Assembly: GCA_965217775.1 (NCBI GenBank)
Contig: CBDCJH010000002.1
Coordinates: 2,208,001-2,272,000, forward strand
Source of the DNA: Acidobacteriota bacterium
Lineage (GTDB): Bacteria > Acidobacteriota > UBA6911 > RPQK01 > JAJDTT01
Length of the DNA: 64,000 bases
Direction: 5' to 3'
Shown: positions 56,385 through 64,000 of the stretch, in pieces
Numbering within the stretch: the stretch's first letter is position 1
Layout: the number at the start of each line of letters is the position of its first letter
Position numbers and translations under genes: made by a program
Notes under the pieces: generated by a model
The model's database searches: none
Told to the model about the DNA's origin: nothing
Seen by the model: only the letters and a program-made list of their open reading frames with translations

Positions 56385-58514
56385 ATGAAGGAGATTTTTG
56401 ACTGGGTTCCGTGGTTTCAGGGGCTCGCGAGCAGGATTCGAAAGGAAGAACGGAAGTATCTGGCTGCAAAGGCCAAGCAGGTGGACTGGCATGGCGCCGA
56501 CCCGCTGTTGCTCAATATCGGGGATGAGAACATCGACCCGTTTTCGTTTTTCTCCTACTTGGCTACGAGAAACTCTCGACAAGGGTGGAAGACAGTCTAT
56601 CCAAGTGTTGCCGACGTGTTCGAAAATCCAGTCTCCCTTGATCCACCGCCTAAGGAGGGATTTTATTTCCCTTCTCCGGATCCTCGAAATGTCCTGTTCT
56701 ATGACAAGACCGGTCGTAACCCCGAACTGCTGTGGAAGTTGTTTGAGCAGGCATTGTCGGACTCGGTGACTGAAGAGAATTTCACGGGAGCACTGGACAT
56801 TAAAGGGGTCGGGGTCGCCAAGCTCACACAAACTCTCTTTCTGATCAATCCGACACGTTTTCTCCCCTTCGATAGCCATAGCACACTCTCACTGGGAATT
56901 GGGAAGTACAGCAAGCGACCGTCCAAGCTCACATGGAGCGAATATTGTCAAGAGCTGGAGAAGATCAGGAACGTGTTCTCCGAATGTAAATGTTACGAAA
57001 TCAACATGTTCTCGTATTTGCGGAACAAAGGCCGGATACCCGTAAATATCAGTCGTCGCTACCAAGTCAGCACGAATGTTTATGACGACGGTCGGGATTT
57101 TCGCAAAGAGTTCCATGAAAACAACTACGTTTACACTGGGGGCCCGGGAAAAGGTAGACCGTGGCCAGTTCCGGGGGAGTCGGTTCAGAGAGGTGGCTAC
57201 CCGCTTGAAAGGCCGGACCCCGGGGACATCGTGCTCGTTCGACACGGACTATCGCAGGGTCTTGGGATTGGCATCGTGTACAAGAACGACTACAAGGAAA
57301 ATAGTCTTTCCTCCGACAGCAAACTGCACGTGCTGTGGGTGAACAAGGCGTCCAGCCAGTTGGCACCACATCAGATTAGAAGGCTGTGGGGTTTTAGGGG
57401 AGCCAATAAGTTCGCGGATGTATATCGGTCGACTGCCGTATACGCTCCTACGTTTGATCTGCTTGATCGGCTTGACCGAAACGCTCCCCCAAAGACAGTA
57501 CAAGTTCCGCCGGGTCCAGGGCCCGCAGAACGAGTAAGACACCCGCTCAACCAGATTCTCTACGGGCCACCGGGCACGGGAAAAACCTATGACACGGCAC
57601 GACGATGCGTCGAGATCTGTGACGGCTCCGCGGTGCAATCACATGAGGATGTTCGGCGGCGTTATACCAAGCTTGTCGAACAGAAACGGGTTGAATTCGT
57701 CACCTTTCACCAGTCCTACGGCTACGAAGAGTTCGTCGAGGGTCTCCGACCCGAGACAGGTGGAAGTCAGGACGCCGAATCCGATCTCGGATTTCGGCTC
57801 GTCCCGCGTGCCGGTGTACTCAAGCGCATTGCGGAACAAGCTCGCAAAAAGCAGTCGCCCCATGTCCTCGTCATCGACGAGATCAACCGCGCCAACATCT
57901 CCAAGGTGATGGGGGAACTCGTTACGCTTCTGGAGAAGGACAAGCGGGAAGGCGCCGACAATGAGCTCGTCGTGACGCTACCCTACTCCGGCAAGCGCTT
58001 TGCTCTGCCTGCGAACCTCCACATTCTCGGCACGATGAACACCGCAGACCGCTCCATCGCGATCCTCGACACCGCACTCCGCCGCCGATTCGAGTTTGAG
58101 GAGCTGCCACCCGATCCCGGAACACTGAAAGAGGCTGCCAAATCAACCGACATTGACCTGCCGGAAGTGCTCCGCGCCATGAACGAGCGTCTGGAATGGC
58201 TCGTGGACCGCGACCACCTTATCGGGCACGCCTGGCTGATGGGTGCACGCACCAAGGAGGATGTCGACCGCATCATGCGCCGCAAGGTCATTCCACTTGT
58301 CGCCGAGTACTTCTACGACGACTGGGAGAAAGTCCGTGCCGTCCTCGGTGGGACCGACGATTTTGTGCGACGCAAACGACTGAAGCCACCGCCGGGACTC
58401 GACGACCCGGGAGAAGTGCGCTACCGCTGGATCGTGCGGCAAAAAAGCTTTCCTTCGGAAGCCTACCAACGCCTGATCTCCGGCGGCGCGGACGCGGAAA
58501 CCGGGGTGGAATGA
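56385..58514 (+). CDS. mcrB: McrB-family AAA+ GTPase with long N-terminal specificity region
   Basis: GPPGTGKT, FHQSYGYEEFVEG, IDEINR, MNTADRS and ALRRRF motifs. Confidence 0.9.
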   Translation: MKEIFDWVPWFQGLASRIRKEERKYLAAKAKQVDWHGADPLLLNIGDENIDPFSFFSYLATRNSRQGWKTVYPSVADVFENPVSLDPPPKEGFYFPSPDPRNVLFYDKTGRNPELLWKLFEQALSDSVTEENFTGALDIKGVGVAKLTQTLFLINPTRFLPFDSHSTLSLGIGKYSKRPSKLTWSEYCQELEKIRNVFSECKCYEINMFSYLRNKGRIPVNISRRYQVSTNVYDDGRDFRKEFHENNYVYTGGPGKGRPWPVPGESVQRGGYPLERPDPGDIVLVRHGLSQGLGIGIVYKNDYKENSLSSDSKLHVLWVNKASSQLAPHQIRRLWGFRGANKFADVYRSTAVYAPTFDLLDRLDRNAPPKTVQVPPGPGPAERVRHPLNQILYGPPGTGKTYDTARRCVEICDGSAVQSHEDVRRRYTKLVEQKRVEFVTFHQSYGYEEFVEGLRPETGGSQDAESDLGFRLVPRAGVLKRIAEQARKKQSPHVLVIDEINRANISKVMGELVTLLEKDKREGADNELVVTLPYSGKRFALPANLHILGTMNTADRSIAILDTALRRRFEFEELPPDPGTLKEAAKSTDIDLPEVLRAMNERLEWLVDRDHLIGHAWLMGARTKEDVDRIMRRKVIPLVAEYFYDDWEKVRAVLGGTDDFVRRKRLKPPPGLDDPGEVRYRWIVRQKSFPSEAYQRLISGGADAETGVE

Positions 58515-59761
58515 CTCCATCATCGTGCCTGACGTGCCGGGAGTGGGGCGAATTGTCAGTCACAGAGAGCGGTCTGAGGGAGTCGGAAGCCAGTCGGCTA
58601 CTCGCCGTGGCCAAAAGCGCCTCTCGCCGGCTGAAATTGCCCAAAACAGCCGTTCTGACCCGCACCTACCGAGGCTTGAAGGCCGGTCAGGTGGTGGGCA
58701 TTCTCGTCATTCCCGGGCGGACACTCGAAATCCTGCCGAAGATCGACGGCGAAATCGGTGTCGTTCGCGCGGCGCTGGTGGGTATGCTAGCGGTGGCGTG
58801 GCGACTGCGCATCCATGACGGCGAACTCGCCGCCCTGTCGACACAACGGCACGATCTGCTGGAGCTCCTGATTCGACTGTTTGCCGAGCGACTGCTGGTG
58901 GCAGTCCGGCGGGGGCTCCCGAGGCGCTACGTCGCGCACCGGGAAGATCTCATGCTGTCGCGCGGCAGCCTCGACGTGGTGCGCCAGTTTACCCATCTGG
59001 CCGTGAGTCCGAACCTGCTGGCCTGCCGTTTTGACGAACTGTCCGAGGACACTCCCCTGAACCGCGTGTTCAAGGCTGCGGTGCTACGCCTCACGAGCCT
59101 CACCCATAGCGCCGAGAACATGCGGCGCCTGGCTGAGCTCACTGCGCGACTGGAATTCGTGGGTGACTCGTCCGACCCATTACGAGAACCGGTTCAACTC
59201 GACCGCACCAACCTCACATTCCACGATCTCCACCGGCTCGCCCGACTTTTACTCTCAGGGGATTGGCAAACCACGACCAGCGGCCGAACTGGAGGTTTCT
59301 CCCTCCTGTTCCCTATGAACAGGCTCTTCGAAACGTTCATCGGGGAGTGCCTCCGGCGGGCTCTCGCACCGCGATCGGTCCGACTGCAAGATACGAGCCA
59401 TCACACCCTGACTACGGAAGACTATCGTTCGCTTTTCCTCCTTCGCCCCGATGTCGTGATCGGAATGCCGGTTCAGCCCGTGATTCTCGACGCCAAGTGG
59501 AAGCGCCTCAACCCACTCGAACGGACCCTCGATGTCGAGCAATCCGACATCTACCAGATGCTCGCCTATGCCCAGGCATACAGCGCCAGACATCTCGTCC
59601 TCCTATATCCTTGGCATCGGAAGTTGGAAAAGGAGGGAATCCTCAGACGTTGGCGGGTGACCGGGTCCCCCCGTCAACTGGATATCGCGGCCATCGACTT
59701 GGGCCGACCAGATTCAGTCGTCCGGACTCTACGCCAAATGGCTAGGCGTGAAGCGTGGTGA
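58511..59761 (+). CDS. mcrC: McrC-family PD-(D/E)xK nuclease
   Basis: EILPKI, DTPLNR, MNRLFE, RPD, LDAKWK and DIYQMLAYA motifs; ATGA overlap with mcrB. Confidence 0.9.
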   Translation: MTPSSCLTCREWGELSVTESGLRESEASRLLAVAKSASRRLKLPKTAVLTRTYRGLKAGQVVGILVIPGRTLEILPKIDGEIGVVRAALVGMLAVAWRLRIHDGELAALSTQRHDLLELLIRLFAERLLVAVRRGLPRRYVAHREDLMLSRGSLDVVRQFTHLAVSPNLLACRFDELSEDTPLNRVFKAAVLRLTSLTHSAENMRRLAELTARLEFVGDSSDPLREPVQLDRTNLTFHDLHRLARLLLSGDWQTTTSGRTGGFSLLFPMNRLFETFIGECLRRALAPRSVRLQDTSHHTLTTEDYRSLFLLRPDVVIGMPVQPVILDAKWKRLNPLERTLDVEQSDIYQMLAYAQAYSARHLVLLYPWHRKLEKEGILRRWRVTGSPRQLDIAAIDLGRPDSVVRTLRQMARREAW

Positions 59762-60075
59762 TCCTGGGAGAACGTGACATGTTGCCACACAGGAGCGGAG
59801 GCCCGCTCATCCGGAATCGCTCGCGGACAACGGGGTCCTTCCGACAAATTCATCTTCCCACGCCATACCCGTTTGATGGAGATGCGCCAAGATCCCAACC
59901 AATGACGTGCATGACCAAGTCCGGATTTTCCGGCGAAACGAATGCACGACATCCACCGACCCAGATCACGCTTGGTTCTGTCGCGTTGCGCCACGCCATC
60001 TGGTTGAGGTCAGACTGAGATCTCGAAAGTGGGCGAGTACCGAGTCTTCGTGCGCGGCAAGTTGTAGTCGAAACG

Positions 60076-60531
60076 TCACACGGTATTCCAGTTGCGAAGA
60101 AGCACGACCTTGCCGCCCTTGTAGGCACGACGTACATAACGTTCATCCGCGGTAACGAAAATGCCATCCTGAATCAGTGCCACGGCGTGGTAGGCCGCAT
60201 CGTAAAACGTGACGCCGAAGGTAACGGCGAGCTCCACAGTTTGTTTCCGCCATTGTGCGTCGGGCCGCACTTCCGCCAACTGATAATCAATCAGAGAATT
60301 CAGAAGATCGTTCGCCTGATCGGGGAGCCGCCGGACCAGCGTATTCCCCACTTCATAGAGCCAGAGTTGCGGGACGACCAACTTTATGGCACCGGCACGG
60401 GCTTCGCTAAGCAACGCCAATGCAAACCCGGCATCCGGCTCGTCGTCTCCGGGAAGGACCCACTTGAGCAGCACCGAGGCGTCAGGGACGACTATGCTGA
60501 TGGCCGTCGCTCCCGGTCTTGGCGAAGCCAA
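60076..60531 (-). CDS. VapC/PIN-domain toxin (start uncertain)
   Basis: VPDASVLLKW, YEVGN, YDAAY and TAD motifs. Confidence 0.88.
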   Translation of the reverse strand: MASPRPGATAISIVVPDASVLLKWVLPGDDEPDAGFALALLSEARAGAIKLVVPQLWLYEVGNTLVRRLPDQANDLLNSLIDYQLAEVRPDAQWRKQTVELAVTFGVTFYDAAYHAVALIQDGIFVTADERYVRRAYKGGKVVLLRNWNTV

Positions 60532-60728
60532 CGGACCACCTCGTCGGTGCTGACCGGTGGTAGCGTGGCGCGTATCTCACCCATCCTGGCGACCGCGTCG
60601 CGACGTTTGCGAAGGCGCGCCCATTCCAGAATCGCGACACTGACGGCTCGACTGCGCTCTCCGCGAGGTAGCTTCGCCAGCACGTCCCACGCTTCATCTT
60701 GAATCACGACGTTGACTCGATGGGACAT
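60492..60728 (-). CDS. Putative RHH-type antitoxin
   Basis: 78 aa; RVNVVI beta strand plus helices; overlaps vapC. Confidence 0.75.
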   Translation of the reverse strand: MSHRVNVVIQDEAWDVLAKLPRGERSRAVSVAILEWARLRKRRDAVARMGEIRATLPPVSTDEVVRWLRQDRERRPSA

Positions 60729-60954
60729 CGTAACTATTCCTCCGTTTCGCTCATGAAACTTATACTATTGCACATTATCCGGCAGATTCCTGGCAACGCT
60801 CGAACTTGGCGAAATCCTGGCGGAGCCCTGTCAGGCCGTGGGCTGCACGCTGCTCGTTTCGCCTCGTTCTACCGGCGTGATGAGGTGAGGAATCTCCGGC
60901 GAGCATCCGCACACATGGACGAAAGACATACCGGGACGGGACTCACCTCCACCT

Positions 60955-61371
60955 CTACTCCGTCGTTTTCGTCGATTCCCGTCGCCGTGTCGCCTCCATG
61001 ATCGGAAGATTCGCCTCGGTGGGAATGTAGATGGTCTCGCTGGAGCCGTCCTGCAACCCCTGAATCCAGAGATACCTCAGATAGGCCTCGTTCCCTTTGA
61101 GGCTGTCCCCGATGATCTTGTTGGCCTCCGCCACTCCCTTGGCCCGTTCTACCTCGGCCTGACTTTCGAATTTTGCCGACTCAAGTCTGGCCTTGGCCTC
61201 TTCCACCCTCACCTTGCGGCTCGATTGCGACTCTCGCAGCTTCGCCTCGCCGGCCAGTCCCTGCTGCCAGACCATGTACTTCGGGCACCCGTACATACCG
61301 CCCACGACGACGAAGATCACGGCCCATGACAGCACCGTTCCATACATCCAACCTTCCGTCTTGTAGTCCAT
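60955..61371 (-). CDS. Small membrane protein with an SPFH/band-7-like coiled-coil tail
   Basis: One TM helix; AEVERAKGVAEANKII..YLRYLWI..IYIPTEANLP; AGGAGG RBS. Confidence 0.65.
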   Translation of the reverse strand: MDYKTEGWMYGTVLSWAVIFVVVGGMYGCPKYMVWQQGLAGEAKLRESQSSRKVRVEEAKARLESAKFESQAEVERAKGVAEANKIIGDSLKGNEAYLRYLWIQGLQDGSSETIYIPTEANLPIMEATRRRESTKTTE

Positions 61372-61555
61372 CTCACGCCTCCTTTCGTCAAGTCCGTGTG
61401 GCCACCGCTCATCGACGGCCTCCACACTTGCTACAACGGGTGAAAGGCTGTTTCCGCGAAGTAAATTGAACCGAATCAGGCCAGCCGAGCCCTCGCCGAA
61501 CGTTCCGGTACTGGCAGTTTGCCCATGGCCGGCCAAATCGGGTTAGAATCGGCGG

Positions 61556-63277
61556 ATGGCGAAAAAATCGGGCCCAAATGCGGCGCGCGAATCTCGGCCG
61601 CCCCGGTCATTGGACTTCCTCCGGGCGATCCTCGAGGACGACCGGAAGACCGGTCGCTTTCAGGGCCGGGTCCGAACCCGATTCCCTCCCGAGCCCAACG
61701 GATACCTCCACATCGGGCACGCCAAGGCCATCTGTCTGGACTTCGGATTGGCCGAAGAGTACGGCGGTCTCTGCAACATGCGCTTCGACGACACCAATCC
61801 CACCAAGGAGGAGCGGGAGTACATGGTGAGCATCCTCGAAGACGTGCGCTGGCTCGGCTTCGATTGGGACGACCGCCTCTACCACGCCTCGGACTATTTC
61901 GAGCAGCTATACGAATACGCCCTTCAGCTCATTCGAGCCGGAAAGGCGTATGTGGACAGCCTCAGCGCCACTCAGATCCGGGAATACCGGGGCACCCTCA
62001 CCGAACCGGGCCGCAACAGCCCTTATCGGGAACGGTCGGTGGAGGAGAACCTGGATCTGTTCGAACGAATGAGAATGGGAGAGTACCCCAACGGCACCCA
62101 CGTCCTCCGGGCCCGCATCGACATGGCCTCAGGCAACCTGAACCTTCGAGATCCGGTCATGTACCGGATCCTCCATGCCTCCCACCCGCGTACGGAAGAC
62201 AAGTGGTGCATCTACCCCACCTACGACTTCGCCCACGGCCAGTCCGACTCCATCGAGAGGGTCACCCATTCCATCTGCACCCTGGAGTTCGAAGATCATC
62301 GGCCACTGTACGACTGGTTCCTGGAGCATCTGGGCATCTATCGCTCCCAGCAGATCGAGTTCGCTCGTCTCAACATCACCAAGACCATCTTGAGCAAGCG
62401 AAGACTATCCCGCTTGGTAAAGGAGGGTCACGTCAACGGCTGGAACGATCCCCGTATGCCGACGCTTTCGGGGATGCGCCGGCGGGGTTACACGGCGGAG
62501 GCGATCCGGGACTTTTGCGCCCGGGTCGGCGTCTCCAAGAAAGACAGCGTGGTGGAGGCGCAGATGTTGGAGCACAGCCTCCGCCAACACCTGAACCAGA
62601 CTTCTCCCCGGGTCATGGGGGTGCTTCGTCCACTCCGGGTGGTCATCGAAAACTATCCCCGGGACCAGGTGGAGGAACTGACGGCCATCAACAATCCCGA
62701 GTGTCCCGAGGCGGGCGTCCGAAAGGTCCCCTTTTCCCGAGTTCTCTACCTGGAGCGGGAGGACTTCATGGAGAACCCGCCCCGCAGGTTCTTTCGGCTG
62801 GCGCCCGGACGCGAGGTCCGCCTGCGCTACGCCTACTTCATCACCTGCGTCGGAGTCGTCAAGGACGAAGCGGGACGAGTCGTGGAGTTGCGCTGCACCT
62901 ACGATCCGGCCACGCGGGGAGGAGACGCGCCGGACGGGCGCCGGGTCAAGGCCACCCTGCACTGGGTCTCCGCCGCCCACGCCCTGAGCGCCCAGGTCCG
63001 TCTCTACGACAGCCTGTTCACCAAGGACAATCCCAACGACACCGGTGACGGATCGGACTTCATCTCGAATCTCAATCCCGACTCTCTAAAGGTGCTCGAA
63101 GACTGCAAACTGGAGCCCAGTCTCGCGAGCGCCCAAGGCGGCCAACGGGTCCAGTTCGAACGCCTGGGCTATTTCTGCGTGGATTCGGAGGACTCGTTGC
63201 CGGACCGGCTCGTCTTCAACCGCACCGTGACCCTGCGGGACGCCTGGGCCAAGATCCGGAAATCCCGGAAAAAATAG
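61556..63277 (+). CDS. glnS: Glutamine--tRNA ligase
   Basis: [26 protein letters not shown] and QFERLGYF motifs. Confidence 0.96.
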   Translation: MAKKSGPNAARESRPPRSLDFLRAILEDDRKTGRFQGRVRTRFPPEPNGYLHIGHAKAICLDFGLAEEYGGLCNMRFDDTNPTKEEREYMVSILEDVRWLGFDWDDRLYHASDYFEQLYEYALQLIRAGKAYVDSLSATQIREYRGTLTEPGRNSPYRERSVEENLDLFERMRMGEYPNGTHVLRARIDMASGNLNLRDPVMYRILHASHPRTEDKWCIYPTYDFAHGQSDSIERVTHSICTLEFEDHRPLYDWFLEHLGIYRSQQIEFARLNITKTILSKRRLSRLVKEGHVNGWNDPRMPTLSGMRRRGYTAEAIRDFCARVGVSKKDSVVEAQMLEHSLRQHLNQTSPRVMGVLRPLRVVIENYPRDQVEELTAINNPECPEAGVRKVPFSRVLYLEREDFMENPPRRFFRLAPGREVRLRYAYFITCVGVVKDEAGRVVELRCTYDPATRGGDAPDGRRVKATLHWVSAAHALSAQVRLYDSLFTKDNPNDTGDGSDFISNLNPDSLKVLEDCKLEPSLASAQGGQRVQFERLGYFCVDSEDSLPDRLVFNRTVTLRDAWAKIRKSRKK

Positions 63278-63326
63278 TTTGGGAACTGCGCAGCGACCGG
63301 CTATTGCCCGGCCAGGCAAGTCAAGC

Positions 63327-63512
63327 CTAGCAATAGAGGCAGCGGATGTCTTCGAAGACCGTCGATTCGTCGGCCTCGGTCAGCACGTAGTCGATGACGA
63401 CCCGCAGAGCCTTGTCCTGATCTCCCAGATCGTACTTGTCGGCCATCTGCTTGAGCCAATCCACGTGATTCGGATTCAACTGATAAATCGCTTCGACCTT
63501 GGGTCCAGCCAT
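63327..63512 (-). CDS. Small hypothetical protein with C-terminal CxxC
   Basis: 61 aa; AGGAGG RBS; KALRVVIDY and RCLYC. Confidence 0.65.
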   Translation of the reverse strand: MAGPKVEAIYQLNPNHVDWLKQMADKYDLGDQDKALRVVIDYVLTEADESTVFEDIRCLYC

Positions 63513-63583
63513 CAGGGCGTCCTCCTGAAATATTCCAACAACCAGCTACATAAACCGCCGCGAACGATGGCGACAGGAGGCCG

Positions 63584-64000
63584 CTACCATTCGCCGTGCT
63601 TGTATCGTTTGGCCCAATCGACCCCTTGCCAGCTCATGAGCTTGCGGGGCCGGACGAAAAACAGCCATCTGGGCTCGTTCAGAGTCGGAACCAGGTAGTC
63701 CGGGCCCCGGTGTCCCAGATAGCGTAACGACATTCTGCGGGCGATCCCGACCCATCTTCCACCCACGTTGGGCTCCTCCAGGACCTCGGCCTCGCCCCGG
63801 ACCAGGACCCTTCGATTGTACCGGGTGGAATCGTCGATGCACAGAAACACCCGGGGCTCGCGCTGAATGTGCCTGGCCCAGGCGGAACGGGCTCGCGGAA
63901 TGATGTAGAAGCCTCCATCCTGGTACTCGAACCAACAGGGCACCACGTAGGGCCATCCCTCCCGGTCCAGACAGCCGAGCCGGCAAATGGGGTCTCCGGA
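63584..64000 (-). CDS. Pyridoxamine 5'-phosphate oxidase-like (PPOX) protein (5' end off window)
   Basis: CRLGCLDREGWPYVVPCWF, HIQREPRV.LCID and V.VRGEA motifs. Confidence 0.85.
   Translation of the reverse strand, partial: SGDPICRLGCLDREGWPYVVPCWFEYQDGGFYIIPRARSAWARHIQREPRVFLCIDDSTRYNRRVLVRGEAEVLEEPNVGGRWVGIARRMSLRYLGHRGPDYLVPTLNEPRWLFFVRPRKLMSWQGVDWAKRYKHGEW

Noticed and set aside
56385-59761. CoCoNuT-type extended McrBC system
   Set aside because: No long coiled-coil, helicase or HEPN partner genes are adjacent.
59762-60075. Possible ncRNA or small ORFs after mcrC
   Set aside because: No clear structure, repeat or coding signal seen.

Overview
High-GC bacterial window. An Acidobacteriota-like origin is inferred from the GWxTD gene and the gene repertoire. 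It holds about 55 CDSs: housekeeping and cofactor genes (moaA, tkt, folB, tadA, larA, two A-type Fe-S carriers, ygfZ, mqnD-like, glnS), an Rrf2-cysM-JAB-(Ubl/E1/rhodanese fusion) sulfur operon with a visible operator, and catabolic clusters with Tat-exported enzymes and an ABC transporter. Defence-type modules include ATPase+DUF4276, McrBC with an unusual N-terminus, two VapBC-type loci and a SLATT-like pseudogene. The mobilome is dense: IS110 with a candidate bridge-RNA region, IS1634, an IS1182 remnant, two CTAG-targeting MITE families and REP elements. The most striking observation is an 841-aa tandem-duplicated FBP aldolase/phosphatase (31740..34265) whose two halves keep complementary active-site motifs. 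No rRNA, tRNA or CRISPR array was seen. All calls come from motif recognition by eye; no database searches were run.
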